Positions 1-9,869 of a DNA stretch of 32,000 bases are shown piece by piece. Numbering within the stretch: position 1 is the stretch's first letter; the number at the start of each line of letters is the position of its first letter. The notes beneath the pieces were generated by a model. The model was not told the DNA's origin. It did not search any database and was given only the letters and a program-made list of their open reading frames with translations. The stretch lies in NCBI RefSeq assembly GCF_000011805.1, contig NC_006841.2; one strand, given 5' to 3'. This stretch comes from Aliivibrio fischeri ES114 (GTDB lineage: Bacteria; Pseudomonadota; Gammaproteobacteria; Enterobacterales; Vibrionaceae). Made by a program: the position numbers and the translations under genes.

Positions 1-4
1 AAGC

Positions 5-34
5 AAAGCGCTCTAAATATAGAGCGCTTTTTTT
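5..34. terminator. Rho-independent terminator hairpin at the 3' end of torA (and of whatever + strand gene lies left of the window)
   Basis: Stem AAAGCGCTCTA (5-15) pairs with TAGAGCGCTTT (20-30) around a 4-nt loop. A T-run at 28-34 follows on the + strand. The tail on the - strand is weaker. Confidence 0.6.
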
Positions 35-77
35 ATAAGAAATGAATGCTTATCCCATTCTATGAATGATATTGGGA

Positions 78-2537
78 TTACCCATTCATTGGTGGGGTAA
101 ACGCCGTTAATGTTGGTGCAACACCTGTGAATTTTTCAATTTTCACAACACCAGAATTACCACAGTTACCGTTACCTAGACGTGATGTTGGTATATCCAT
201 AGTTAATACGTTTGGACCACCGTTTTTACACATACCTGTTTTAGGATCTAAGTCAGGCCATGCACCTTCATGGATACATACACTGCCTTTTTTGATGCCA
301 TCAGAAACATGAGCACCAACCAAAACTTGCCCACGTTGGTTGTAAGCACGAACTAAGTCGCCATCTTTAATACCACGAGCTTTAGCATCTTCTGGGTGAA
401 TCGTAATTGGTTCACGATCTTGGATTGCATACTCTTTACGAAGATCAGCATAGTTAAATTGGCTGTGTAAACGATGAGCAGAGTGCGACGTCATTAATTG
501 AAGTTCGCCATCGGTGTAGTTGAACATCCATTCTGTTGGTTCCATCCATACAGGGTGTGGAGGACAATCATCTAACTTAAAGCCTTCGATGGTTTTTGAG
601 AAGATCTCAATTTTACCACTTGGTGTACCTAGTGGATTCATGATTGGATCTTTACGGAAGTCACCAAAACGAACAAACTCGGCATTCTTTGCGTTCCATT
701 TCATTTCGATAAGTTGGTTTGCTTCCCAGAACTTAGTGAAATTCATCATTGGAACACGTGCGTTTCGTCCACCTTTTTGAGCTGCTTTATAGAAATCACG
801 AAGCCATTCCATCTCCGTTTTATTTTCCATATATACATTACGACCACCTGGTTTTAAATGTTCAGCCATATCTGCGAAAACATCTAAATCGTTACGTGCT
901 TCATGTTGTGGCTCAACAACTTGTTTCATTGGAACTAGGTGTTGGTTAGAGTAGTCACCTGTCATCGTCATGTCATTACGCTCAAATGAGGTAGTGATTG
1001 GAAGAACGATATCCGCATGCTTTGCAGCAGCAGTCCAATATGGTTCTGAAATAACGATCAGTTCAGGTTTTTGCCACGCTTTAATCAAACGGTTGGTATC
1101 TTGGTGATGTGTAAAGTTTGCACCGCCTGCCCACCAAATCATTTTTAACTCAGGGAAAGTTAATGTATGGCCATTGTGTTGATATTGAGTTCCCGGTTTT
1201 TCTAAACATTCAACAATACGCGCAACAGGGAAAGCCGTTACTGAACCTTGAACTGCCCAATCGTTACCTGCTGATGAGCCACCGCCTAATGACGCTGACA
1301 TTGCTGGTAATACACCTGCATCACGTGTTGGGTTACCACCATTAGAGTAGTGGTATGAGTAACCAAAACCACCGCCCGGTAGTCCAACTTGACCAAGCAT
1401 AGAAGCAAGAACGGTTAGCATCCAGTGACGTTGTTCACCATGTTGTTGACGTTGCATACCCCAACCAGCCATAAGCATCGTGCGGTTTTCTTTGAAGATC
1501 TTAGCCAGCAATTCCATCTGTTTTGCTGGTACGCCACAAATCGCTTCTGCCCATTGTGGTGATTTCTCAATACCGTCTTCTTTACCCATTAAGTAAGTTT
1601 CAAATTGCTCGAAGCCCACAGTGTACTTAGAAAGGAATTCAGTATCGTGCTGCTGTGTTTTAACTAATTGATGAGCGATACCCATCATCATTGCCACATC
1701 TGATTGTGGGTTCGGTGCAATCCATTGTGCATTATCACCAAAGAATTCAGCAGTTTCTGAACGCATTGGGTCAATAATGATGATGGTTTTGCCTGATTTT
1801 TTCAGTTGATGGAAAAACTCAAGGCCTTGCCCGTCTGTTGAAGACCATGCAATTTTTAGTGTGTTTAATGGGTTTAGACCCCATAACACAACCACTTCAC
1901 TGTTTTCTAAAATAACAGGATAAGTAGTTTGTTGTTCATATACTTCGATAGAACCAACAACGTGTGGCATGATAACTTGAGCTGCACCTGTTGAGTAATC
2001 GCCTAAGTGACCAGCATAACCACCAGACATACTCATGTAACGTTGCAGTAGTGTTTGTGCTTTATGTAATACACCACTTGAACGCCAACCGTAAGAGCCA
2101 GCAAAAATAGACTCAGGTCCGTTTTCTTTTCGAATACGCATGTGCTGTTCGTGAATTAGTTTGTATGCTTCATCCCATGAAACACGTACAAATTCATCAC
2201 TGCCTCGAACACCTTGAGGGTTGCTTGGGTTTTCTAAATAACCTTTACGAACCATTGGGTATTTTACACGAGCTTTTGTATAAACTTGCGATGGTCCCGT
2301 TTGTTGTAAGCTATTAGGTACGGTCTGAGCTAAACCACTTTTGGTTGATAGTAGCTCGCCATCGTTTACTTCACAAAGTAATGGGCCCATGCGACCAGCA
2401 GTTAAAACCAATGAATCTGTGCGACCAGCGGTAGCGGCATTAACAGATAAAGGAGCGATAGACGTAATCGCTAGTGCACCTGCTGATGCACCTGCGCCTT
2501 TTAAAAAGCCGCGACGAGAAATGTTAGTCATAGTCAC
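78..2537 (-). CDS. torA: Periplasmic trimethylamine-N-oxide reductase catalytic subunit (TorA/TorZ/DorA-type molybdopterin oxidoreductase)
   Basis: 819-aa ORF with a twin-arginine signal ([17 protein letters not shown]...VNA). It carries blocks I recognise from TorA-family enzymes ([51 protein letters not shown]) and has no N-terminal Fe-S Cys cluster. It starts 6 bp after a pentahaem TorC-type gene. TorA and TorZ paralogues cannot be told apart by eye. Confidence 0.9.
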   Translation of the reverse strand: MTMTNISRRGFLKGAGASAGALAITSIAPLSVNAATAGRTDSLVLTAGRMGPLLCEVNDGELLSTKSGLAQTVPNSLQQTGPSQVYTKARVKYPMVRKGYLENPSNPQGVRGSDEFVRVSWDEAYKLIHEQHMRIRKENGPESIFAGSYGWRSSGVLHKAQTLLQRYMSMSGGYAGHLGDYSTGAAQVIMPHVVGSIEVYEQQTTYPVILENSEVVVLWGLNPLNTLKIAWSSTDGQGLEFFHQLKKSGKTIIIIDPMRSETAEFFGDNAQWIAPNPQSDVAMMMGIAHQLVKTQQHDTEFLSKYTVGFEQFETYLMGKEDGIEKSPQWAEAICGVPAKQMELLAKIFKENRTMLMAGWGMQRQQHGEQRHWMLTVLASMLGQVGLPGGGFGYSYHYSNGGNPTRDAGVLPAMSASLGGGSSAGNDWAVQGSVTAFPVARIVECLEKPGTQYQHNGHTLTFPELKMIWWAGGANFTHHQDTNRLIKAWQKPELIVISEPYWTAAAKHADIVLPITTSFERNDMTMTGDYSNQHLVPMKQVVEPQHEARNDLDVFADMAEHLKPGGRNVYMENKTEMEWLRDFYKAAQKGGRNARVPMMNFTKFWEANQLIEMKWNAKNAEFVRFGDFRKDPIMNPLGTPSGKIEIFSKTIEGFKLDDCPPHPVWMEPTEWMFNYTDGELQLMTSHSAHRLHSQFNYADLRKEYAIQDREPITIHPEDAKARGIKDGDLVRAYNQRGQVLVGAHVSDGIKKGSVCIHEGAWPDLDPKTGMCKNGGPNVLTMDIPTSRLGNGNCGNSGVVKIEKFTGVAPTLTAFTPPMNG

Positions 2538-2543
2538 TCTCTC

Positions 2544-3635
2544 TTATTTGTGATTAGCCACGTCTTTAGCGTGGTTTTGGAAGAATTTAGTTAGGATTTC
2601 TAGGTTCAGTGCTGATATATCAGTACGTGCACCCATGCTTTTAGCTACAGGACCCCAAGAGTTCACTGTGAAGTGATTTGCTGGAATTTTGGCATGACAT
2701 GTTGAACAGTACACATTATCAAGCTCTTCAGCGTAGTCCCATAAAGGCTGGTTTGACGCTAGAACAGGTGCATCGATTGTGCCTGTTAGCTCGGCGCTGC
2801 GCCATTCATTGCCGTAAGCATCGGTAGTTGCTTCACCCAGAGTTAATGCTTTAATGCCTTTTTCTGTTAGCGTCGCGATGATTGAACGTTGGCCTTCACC
2901 CATGTAAATAACTGATTCAGCCCCTTTCATTTGGAAGCCTGAAACCGTTACAGTGCGAGTTTCATCTTTTGCGCTTACCGTTGTAAGTTCAACCGTTGGA
3001 TTGATGATGGCAAGATCAGACATCTTAATATTTTCAATAGGGTAAACTTTTTCAGCATCAAGCTTGGTGTTTTTCGCCATATCAAATAAATGATCGAATG
3101 CAGACGTATCTAATTTAGCTTGAGGTGCAAAGTGAGCAACACCTTTGTGGCAGTCGATACAAGTTTGGTTGTTTTCTTGTCCATAAGCGTGCATTTTTTG
3201 TGCGCTTACTGATTGGTCATAGGTTTCCATTGCATCAAAACTATGACAAGAACGACATGTCGCTGAATCATTTTCACGCATTTGTTCCCACACCGTTTCA
3301 GCCATAGCTAAACGATGTTCTTCGTATTTTTCATCCGTATCAATTTTACCAGTAACGAATTCATGATAGATGTCTTTAGAAGCACGAATTTTCGTAATTA
3401 AGTAATCAATTGGTTCTTGAGGAATGTGACAGTCTGCACATTCAGCTCGAATGCCTTTTTGGTTACTAAAATGAACGGAACCTTGATATTCATGCAGTGG
3501 TTTCTCCATTGTATGGCATGAAACACAAAACTCAGTACTAGAAGTGGCGTGGAGAACTGCTTGCGTACCGCCAAAGGTTAACCAACCAATGGCAATACCG
3601 ACAGCAGCGATTAAAGCGATATAGCGTTTGTTCAT
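2544..3635 (-). CDS. torC: Membrane-anchored pentahaem c-type cytochrome, TorC/TorY (NapC/NirT) family
   Basis: Five CxxCH motifs (CVSCH, CADCH, CRSCH, CIDCH, CSTCH) and one N-terminal TM helix. I prefer the ATG at 3635 (MNKRYIAL...), which has AAGGA 8 nt upstream, over the GTG at 3659 used by the ORF track. Confidence 0.9.
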   Translation of the reverse strand: MNKRYIALIAAVGIAIGWLTFGGTQAVLHATSSTEFCVSCHTMEKPLHEYQGSVHFSNQKGIRAECADCHIPQEPIDYLITKIRASKDIYHEFVTGKIDTDEKYEEHRLAMAETVWEQMRENDSATCRSCHSFDAMETYDQSVSAQKMHAYGQENNQTCIDCHKGVAHFAPQAKLDTSAFDHLFDMAKNTKLDAEKVYPIENIKMSDLAIINPTVELTTVSAKDETRTVTVSGFQMKGAESVIYMGEGQRSIIATLTEKGIKALTLGEATTDAYGNEWRSAELTGTIDAPVLASNQPLWDYAEELDNVYCSTCHAKIPANHFTVNSWGPVAKSMGARTDISALNLEILTKFFQNHAKDVANHK

Positions 3636-3810
3636 AATAATGATCCTTAATTTAGCCACATTCTATGTGTGGTCAATCGCAATATTACCACTTTGGGGTT
3701 AATGGTATGTAAGTAAAAAATAAAATATTTCAAAAAGTGTAACCTAATGCTCAAAAATGAGAGTTCTATTAATAAGCTGTTTTATATTTCATTGCTGTAT
3801 TGATGAAAAT

Positions 3811-3866
3811 CTGTTCATTAATTGTTGAACCTTCAGTTTGATTTTGTTGAAAAATATTGTTCATGC
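3811..3866 (+). promoter_or_regulatory. Four direct TGTT(C/G)A(T/A) repeats, candidate TorR-type tor boxes
   Basis: CTGTTCATTA (3811-3820), TGTTGAA (3823-3829), TGTTGAA (3845-3851) and TTGTTCATGC (3857-3866). Spacings are 11, 22 and 13 bp. The E. coli tor box consensus as I recall it is CTGTTCATAT. The repeats are written on the + strand, which is antisense to torC, so assignment to torC is uncertain. Confidence 0.35.
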
Positions 3867-3916
3867 GTAACGCCGTCTTTACCTTTCTTTACGAATGCAA
3901 AGAATGTAAATTTAAT

Positions 3917-3935
3917 GCAAATGGTAACAATTATC
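3917..3935 (+). promoter_or_regulatory. Fur box upstream of the TonB-dependent receptor / TonB2 cluster
   Basis: GCAAATGGTAACAATTATC matches 14/19 of GATAATGATAATCATTATC. The 7-1-7 core TGGTAAC-A-ATTATCA matches 12/14. It lies about 65 bp upstream of the ATG at 4002, next to a TATATT -10-like hexamer (3939-3944). Confidence 0.6.
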
Positions 3936-4001
3936 ATTTATATTCCTTCTCAGATTTTTATCACCCGTTTAATAAATAAAAAGATTTGGAGATAATGGAA
4001 T

Positions 4002-6104
4002 ATGTTTTCTAAAAGTCAGTTAGCTCTTGTTATTAGCGCAGTTTTATCAACGCCTTTTGCTTACGCTGAAACAGATGCATCAACAACTGATGAGCACATG
4101 GTTGTTACTGGTCGTGACTATGGTTACAAGGCAGATACAAATTCAAGCTCAATGCGAATGGAGGCAACTCAACTAGAAACTCCAGGACAAGTGAGTGTTA
4201 TTGATGAGCAACTGATTGATGAACAACGTGCAAGTACGCTTGGGGAAGTTCTAAAAAATGATGCAAGTATCGGTGCTGGCGCAACTACACGTAACCGTGA
4301 GCAGTTTACATTACGTGGCTTTTCACTAAGCAGTAGTTCTGGTTTCTTACGTGATGGAAAACAACATTGGTCTCATTATCGTCAACCAATTGAATTATTA
4401 GATCGTGTTGAGATATTAAAAGGTCCTTCGGGTCTGTTATATGGCCAGTCAGCTCCGGGTGGTTTGGTTAATATGGTTGCTAAAAAGCCAACCTATGAAA
4501 CTCAAGTAAGCGTGAGTCAAGATCTAGGCTCAAATAATGACTCTCGAACAACTGCGGATGTAAGTGGTGCATTGAATGACGACCAAACATTACGTGGTCG
4601 TGCCATTGTCTCAAAGCAAACTTACAACTCATGGCGTCAATACAGTGATGGAACAGTTCCATCTACAGAGCGCTTTGTTGGTGGTTTATTCTTAGATTAT
4701 GACATTAATGATGACATCACAGTGTCGTTCCATTATGACCGTACAATTGATGAAGGTAGTGTCGATTCAGGTGCTTACATCAAAGATGGCAAAACAGTAG
4801 TAAATGATAAATACATTTGGGATGCACAGTGGTCAAAAATCGAAAATGATGTAGAAAACATTGGTGTTGATGTTACTGCAAACTTAACTGATGTATGGCG
4901 CATTAACGCAAGCTTTAATCATCAAGATTTTAACCGTCATGACGTAGAGAGCTTCCCTAAAGAAGAAACTTATAATCCAGCAACGGGTGAATACGTTCAA
5001 GGTGGTAGTGATCGTAAAGATAACTGGGTATTTAAAACAGCAAGTATTGATTTAATCGGTGAATTTGATGCGTTAGGCGTAAGCCACCAAATGCTATTTG
5101 GTAGTAACTGGTTAGGTTATCGTTATGACCGTTTAGAGTACTCATTTAATAGCTCTGTAGGTCAAGTTGGTGAGCCTGCTCCTGCTCCAGAACGTAATCC
5201 AAATAAAGATCCTAGAGATACAACATCTAAGTACGATACATGGGGTTTCTATGCTCAGGATATGATTACGTTTAATGAGCAATGGCAAGCATTAGTTGGT
5301 GTTCGTTTAGACCGTCAAGTTGAAGAAGGCCTAGCAGAAGAAGCAGTATCACCTAAGTTTGCGGTTATTTACCACCCGATGGATATTGGTTCTATCTATG
5401 CAACGTATTCTGAAAGTTTTGAAATGCAAGGTGAAGTATCAGGCAGTGAGTACGTAAATGACGGCCAAAAACTGGATCCTTTACGTGGTAAGTTGTATGA
5501 GCTAGGTACTAAATGGGAATTAATGGATAACCAGCTGTTTGTATCTGGTGCTGTATTTGATATTACCCAAGAAAACTCAACGATTGATGTTGATTTAGGT
5601 GGTGGTAAGAAAGAAAAAACACAATCAGGTGAACGTGTTCACCGTGGTGTCGAGTTAGCGATGCAAGGCTTTATTACTGAGCAGTTATCGATGAGCGGTT
5701 CAGCAACATATCTAGATGCTGAATATGCCAAAGATGAGAAGTATGAAGGTAACCGTCCTGCGGATGTGCCTGAATATACTGCAAGTGTATGGACTCGCTA
5801 TGCATTTACTAATAGTACCGATGCAAACTTAGGCGCTATCTATGTTGGTGAGCGTTACGGTGATGCAGCGAATACCTTTAAAAAAGATGGCTATGCACGT
5901 TTCGATCTAGGGTTATCTCATACTATTAAGTATGACCAAGATTTAACCTTTGTTGCTCGCTTTAATGTTGAAAACTTGTTTGATACTGATTACTTAGCAG
6001 GTGGTGGTTCAACTGGTAAGAATGGTTACGCAACCGATGGGGCATCGAATGTTGTTATTGGTGAAGGCCGAAACTACATGGCGACACTGCAAGTTAAATA
6101 CTAA
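4002..6104 (+). CDS. TonB-dependent outer-membrane (siderophore-type) receptor
   Basis: 700 aa with a signal peptide ending AYA-ET and a TonB-box-like EHMVVTG. Plug-domain motifs are present (RVEILKGPSGLLYG). The beta-barrel C-terminus ends in an aromatic residue (...ATLQVKY). GGAG RBS lies upstream and a Fur box precedes it. Confidence 0.92.
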   Translation: MFSKSQLALVISAVLSTPFAYAETDASTTDEHMVVTGRDYGYKADTNSSSMRMEATQLETPGQVSVIDEQLIDEQRASTLGEVLKNDASIGAGATTRNREQFTLRGFSLSSSSGFLRDGKQHWSHYRQPIELLDRVEILKGPSGLLYGQSAPGGLVNMVAKKPTYETQVSVSQDLGSNNDSRTTADVSGALNDDQTLRGRAIVSKQTYNSWRQYSDGTVPSTERFVGGLFLDYDINDDITVSFHYDRTIDEGSVDSGAYIKDGKTVVNDKYIWDAQWSKIENDVENIGVDVTANLTDVWRINASFNHQDFNRHDVESFPKEETYNPATGEYVQGGSDRKDNWVFKTASIDLIGEFDALGVSHQMLFGSNWLGYRYDRLEYSFNSSVGQVGEPAPAPERNPNKDPRDTTSKYDTWGFYAQDMITFNEQWQALVGVRLDRQVEEGLAEEAVSPKFAVIYHPMDIGSIYATYSESFEMQGEVSGSEYVNDGQKLDPLRGKLYELGTKWELMDNQLFVSGAVFDITQENSTIDVDLGGGKKEKTQSGERVHRGVELAMQGFITEQLSMSGSATYLDAEYAKDEKYEGNRPADVPEYTASVWTRYAFTNSTDANLGAIYVGERYGDAANTFKKDGYARFDLGLSHTIKYDQDLTFVARFNVENLFDTDYLAGGGSTGKNGYATDGASNVVIGEGRNYMATLQVKY

Positions 6105-6121
6105 TTTATTGTAATAAAAAT

Positions 6122-6143
6122 AAGGGAGGCCTCGGTCTCCCTT
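6122..6143 (+). terminator. Possible attenuating or partial terminator hairpin after the receptor gene
   Basis: AAGGGAGGC/GGTCTCCCTT form a 9-bp stem with one G-U pair and a 4-nt loop. Only a short T tail (TTT) follows, so this is weak. Confidence 0.4.
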
Positions 6144-6214
6144 TAGTGCGTTTATTTGAATACAAATTTTTAAGAGATTGTTCTTAAAAACAAACAGTTA
6201 AGAAATTGATAAAT

Positions 6215-6982
6215 ATGAATATTCTAAAAACCAGTATCGGTATTGCATTAGCAACCGTGATCACAACCGCTCAGGCTACTGCGCTTGATCAAGCACGAGT
6301 AATTGAAAATAAATCAAATACTTCTTCAGCGATAAGCCAGCAGAAAATCGATAAAAGTGCAGAAGCGACATTAGCCTACAAAGCAGAAATTGAGCAGCTT
6401 CAAGAAGAAGTGAAAAACTTGGTTGTGTATCGTGATCACTTAACGGGTTTAGTGAATAGTCAGCAGCAAGAGATGGTAAGTTTAAATGACCAAATTGACA
6501 CCATTAAAGAGACCAGACAAGGCGTTGTTCCTTTAATGTATAAGATGCTATCTGGTTTAACGACATTAGTTGAACAAGATAAGCCAATTAAAACAGAAGA
6601 GCGTTTACATCGTATTGCAAAGCTTGAACATATGATGACAAGAGCGGATGTGAGTGATGCAGAAAAATATCGCCGACTTCTTGAAGCCTACCAGATCGAA
6701 ATGGATTACGGCACAAAGCTAGGTACATACCAAATGCAGATCATTGTTGAAGATAATGAACAAATTGATGCAGATATGCTGCATTTAGGACGAGTATCTT
6801 TACTTGCTCGTCGTCTTGATGCTTCTCAATATTGGAGTTGGAATACGTACACCAACCAATGGGAGGCACTGGACTCTGAATTTAATGATGATTTAGCAAA
6901 AGCCTATTCAGTTGCTTATAAACAAGTTGCCCCAAGTTTATTGACTCTGCCTGTATCTTTATCACTAAAAGAGGTGAAATAA
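6215..6982 (+). CDS. ttpB: TonB2-system accessory periplasmic coiled-coil protein (TtpB / DUF3450-like)
   Basis: Signal peptide (MNILKTSIGIALATVITTAQA) followed by coiled-coil-rich sequence. It sits immediately upstream of a TtpC-like gene, in the canonical Vibrio TonB2 order. I prefer the ATG at 6215 over the TTG at 6206. Confidence 0.75.
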   Translation: MNILKTSIGIALATVITTAQATALDQARVIENKSNTSSAISQQKIDKSAEATLAYKAEIEQLQEEVKNLVVYRDHLTGLVNSQQQEMVSLNDQIDTIKETRQGVVPLMYKMLSGLTTLVEQDKPIKTEERLHRIAKLEHMMTRADVSDAEKYRRLLEAYQIEMDYGTKLGTYQMQIIVEDNEQIDADMLHLGRVSLLARRLDASQYWSWNTYTNQWEALDSEFNDDLAKAYSVAYKQVAPSLLTLPVSLSLKEVK

Positions 6983-6983
6983 C

Positions 6984-8339
6984 ATGACAATTAAGCCACT
7001 GATTTTAGCTGTTTCACTGCTTGGTCTTTCGATTAATACGGCGACAGCAAACACTGAATTGTTGAAAGAGACAAAACAAGCAAGTCATGTACAAAAGCAA
7101 CATGATGCACAACGAGAGTCTGGTTTTAAACAAACAGAACAAAGCTTAAAAGCCCAAAGAAACGCATTGATTGCAGAGCGTAAAAAGTTGCAAAAAGAAA
7201 GCGATCAATTAAGTGCTACCTTCAGCAAAAATGAAAAAACACTCGCAACATTAGAGCAGCAGCTGCATTTAGAAACAGGCAGCTTAGGTGAATTGTTTGG
7301 GGTGGTAAGACAGACAGCAAAAGACGTGAATGCAGAGTTAAAAAACTCGATGTCAGGATCAGAAAATAATAAATATAATCAGTTGATTGCTGATATCGTT
7401 GCAGCGAAATCTTTGCCATCTATGACGCAGCTAACGGGATTATGGCAAACCATGGCTCAGCAAGTTAATGCTAGTTCAGAGTTAGAGTTAACGACAGTAA
7501 CTATGATTAATGGTTCTGGTCATCGTCAATCAATCAATGCTTATCGCTTAGGGAATATGGCACTGGTTGGTGAAGGTGGCTTTTTGCAGTGGGACAATAA
7601 AAAGCAAGTTGCGACTTATTACGCTCAACAGCCAAAACTGACTCCGACAACGACGATCTTATCTGAGATGCCAAGCGAACAAGTCATCATGATGGCAAGC
7701 GATCCTTCACGCGGTATTATGTTAGAGCAATTAGCGAATACGCCAACAATGAAAGAGCGTCTTCAAGCGGGTGGTGTGGTTGGTAAAATCATTATTGGTT
7801 TATTACTAATTGGATTGATTATTTCATTATTTAATGGCGTGAGATTGTTTGTTATTCGTCAACAAATTAGAAAGCAATTAAAACAACCACAAGAGCTTGG
7901 TCAAAATCCATTAGGTCGTGTGCTTGCCGTTTACGATGCAGAAAAACAACGTTCAGTTGAAGCATTAGAATTACGCCTATTAGAAACCATCGTTGATGAG
8001 CAGCAAGGGCTAGAAAAAGGGTTGTCTATGCTTAAACTATTAGCAGCTTTGGCTCCAATGTTAGGACTTTTAGGTACGGTTACCGGCATGATCGAAACAT
8101 TCCAAGTGATTACACTGTTTGGTAATGGTGATCCAAAAGTGATGGCGGGTGGTATTTCGATGGCGCTAGTTACTACGGTTTTAGGTTTAGTTGCGGCAAT
8201 GCCACTATTACTTACGCATAATATTTTAAGCTCACAAGCTGAAAGCATTCGCACTATTCTTGAAAAACAAGGCTTAGGGCTAGTTGCTGAACAAGCTGAA
8301 AAAGTAGTGCAACCAAACGCAATGGATATGGCAGCGTAA
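6984..8339 (+). CDS. ttpC: TtpC-like large MotA/TolQ/ExbB-family proton-channel protein
   Basis: 451 aa. An N-terminal signal and coiled-coil periplasmic region precede a C-terminal MotA/ExbB channel motif (LGLLGTVTGMIETFQ). GAGGTG RBS. The start is 1 nt after the ttpB stop. Confidence 0.85.
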   Translation: MTIKPLILAVSLLGLSINTATANTELLKETKQASHVQKQHDAQRESGFKQTEQSLKAQRNALIAERKKLQKESDQLSATFSKNEKTLATLEQQLHLETGSLGELFGVVRQTAKDVNAELKNSMSGSENNKYNQLIADIVAAKSLPSMTQLTGLWQTMAQQVNASSELELTTVTMINGSGHRQSINAYRLGNMALVGEGGFLQWDNKKQVATYYAQQPKLTPTTTILSEMPSEQVIMMASDPSRGIMLEQLANTPTMKERLQAGGVVGKIIIGLLLIGLIISLFNGVRLFVIRQQIRKQLKQPQELGQNPLGRVLAVYDAEKQRSVEALELRLLETIVDEQQGLEKGLSMLKLLAALAPMLGLLGTVTGMIETFQVITLFGNGDPKVMAGGISMALVTTVLGLVAAMPLLLTHNILSSQAESIRTILEKQGLGLVAEQAEKVVQPNAMDMAA

Positions 8340-8848
8340 TGACGGCTTTTCTTTCACATTTTATGGCTCAAGGCGGCCCCATTTTATGGTGGTTGGCCGC
8401 AGTGGTTGCATTGTGTTGGTTATTGGTTATCGAGCGAATTTTTTTCATATCGTTTAGTTTTCCAATACAACGAAAACGATGGATTGAGCAATGGCAGCAG
8501 CGCAATGATCATGAATCTTGGTATGCCAAAACCATTAGAGATGGGTGGATCAGTGAAGCTCATCTGCAACTAAATCAATATTTGAATTTCATTAAGGTGT
8601 TAGTGGCAATATGCCCTATGTTAGGTTTGTTAGGTACGGTTACAGGGATGATCTCTGTGTTTGATGTAATGGCAAATCAAGGCAGTAGCCAACCCAAACT
8701 AATGGCATCAGGTATTTCATTGGCGACATTGCCAACGATGGCCGGAATGGTTGCAGCTTTGGCGGGAATGTTTGTTCATGCTCGTCTAGCTAAAGTTTGT
8801 CGTCGTAAAGAGCATCAGTTAGAAAAAGCATTAAGGAGTCAGTCATGA
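8339..8848 (+). CDS. exbB: ExbB/TolQ-family proton channel subunit (TonB2 system)
   Basis: 169 aa with 3 TM segments and the LGLLGTVTGMISVF motif. TAATG overlap with ttpC. Confidence 0.9.
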   Translation: MTAFLSHFMAQGGPILWWLAAVVALCWLLVIERIFFISFSFPIQRKRWIEQWQQRNDHESWYAKTIRDGWISEAHLQLNQYLNFIKVLVAICPMLGLLGTVTGMISVFDVMANQGSSQPKLMASGISLATLPTMAGMVAALAGMFVHARLAKVCRRKEHQLEKALRSQS

Positions 8849-9249
8849 GACTTGGCCGTCGTTCTTCACATCAAGAAGAAGCACAAATCGATTTAACATC
8901 AATGTTAGATATCGTCTTTATTATGTTGATCTTTTTTATTGTAACGAGTTCATTTGTACGTGAATCAGGCGTAGAAGTTAATCGTCCTCAAGCCAGTAAC
9001 GTATCAAGCCAAAAAGATGCGGGGATATTTGTGGCTATCACTGCATCAAACGATATTTTTATTGATAAACGCATGGTGGATGCTGAACGAGTGCAAGCAA
9101 CCTTAGAGCATTTATTGCTTGAACAACCAGAAGCGTCATTAGTTATTCAAGCGGATGAACATGCGTATAACGGTACGGTTATTAAAGTGATGGATGCAGC
9201 GAAAGGCGCTGGTGTTAAAGGTATCGCTTTAGCTGCGGAGAAAGGCTGA
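8845..9249 (+). CDS. exbD: ExbD/TolR-family biopolymer transport protein
   Basis: 134 aa with the ExbD N-terminus (IDLTSMLDIVFIMLIFFIV) and a periplasmic domain. ATGA overlap with exbB. Confidence 0.9.
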   Translation: MRLGRRSSHQEEAQIDLTSMLDIVFIMLIFFIVTSSFVRESGVEVNRPQASNVSSQKDAGIFVAITASNDIFIDKRMVDAERVQATLEHLLLEQPEASLVIQADEHAYNGTVIKVMDAAKGAGVKGIALAAEKG

Positions 9250-9869
9250 TGTGGCGTTTATTTTTAGCTATGCCAATCGCAATATCCATGACGTTTGGCA
9301 TATTCACATTTATGGCTTGGATGGTAGATAACGGCACTCAAGAGAAGCCTGAAAGCAGTGAAACGGTTCGTTTTGATATGGTAATGGCAGAACAAGAGCA
9401 AGATGTACAGCGCCGCCAACGCCGTGTGCCTGAAAAGCCAGATACACCGGAGCCTCCACCACAAGCGACCCCAATGGCAGCTCAAACTCAAACGTCAATG
9501 GCGACACCACAGAGTCCAATGCCACTGATTGGGTTGGACTCAAGTATTTCTGGTTTAGCCATTAGCGCGCCAAATTTTGCGGACTTTACAGGTAATCAGC
9601 AAGCAATGCCATTGTATCGTGTTGAACCTCGCTATCCTTCTAAAGCGATGAAAAGAGGGGCTGAGGGCTTTGTTGTTATGTCGTTTACGATTGATGAGCA
9701 AGGTCGTCCTACTGACGTAAAAGTAACTGATGCAAAACCTCGTAGAATGTTCGAGAGAGAAGCGGTTAAAGCGTTGAAAAAATGGAAATATCAGCCAAAA
9801 GTGATTGATGGTAAAACCATTGCTCAAGTCGGACAAACCGTGAAATTGGAGTTTACATTAGCAAAATGA
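9249..9869 (+). CDS. tonB: TonB energy transducer (TonB2-type)
   Basis: 206 aa with an N-terminal TM anchor, a Pro-rich spacer (PEKPDTPEPPPQATP) and a TonB C-terminal domain (YPSKAMKRGAEGFVVMSFTI). Start overlaps the exbD stop. Confidence 0.9.
   Translation: MWRLFLAMPIAISMTFGIFTFMAWMVDNGTQEKPESSETVRFDMVMAEQEQDVQRRQRRVPEKPDTPEPPPQATPMAAQTQTSMATPQSPMPLIGLDSSISGLAISAPNFADFTGNQQAMPLYRVEPRYPSKAMKRGAEGFVVMSFTIDEQGRPTDVKVTDAKPRRMFEREAVKALKKWKYQPKVIDGKTIAQVGQTVKLEFTLAK

Noticed and set aside
127-2553. Five + strand ORFs (127-312, 520-780, 749-949, 1118-1345, 2341-2553) inside the torA region
   Set aside because: All lie antisense within the well-supported 819-aa torA frame. They have no RBS or recognisable motifs and have odd composition. 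They are shadow ORFs.
3125-3307. 60-aa + strand ORF inside torC
   Set aside because: It is antisense to a gene with five in-frame haem-binding motifs, so it is a shadow ORF.
4480-4662. 60-aa - strand ORF inside the TonB-dependent receptor gene
   Set aside because: It is antisense to a strongly supported receptor frame and has no translation signals.
7222-9836. Antisense ORFs within ttpC and tonB (7222-7419, 7931-8254, 9264-9491, 9310-9543, 9555-9836)
   Set aside because: They overlap genes with clear family motifs on the + strand. Several also overlap each other in different frames. They are shadow ORFs.
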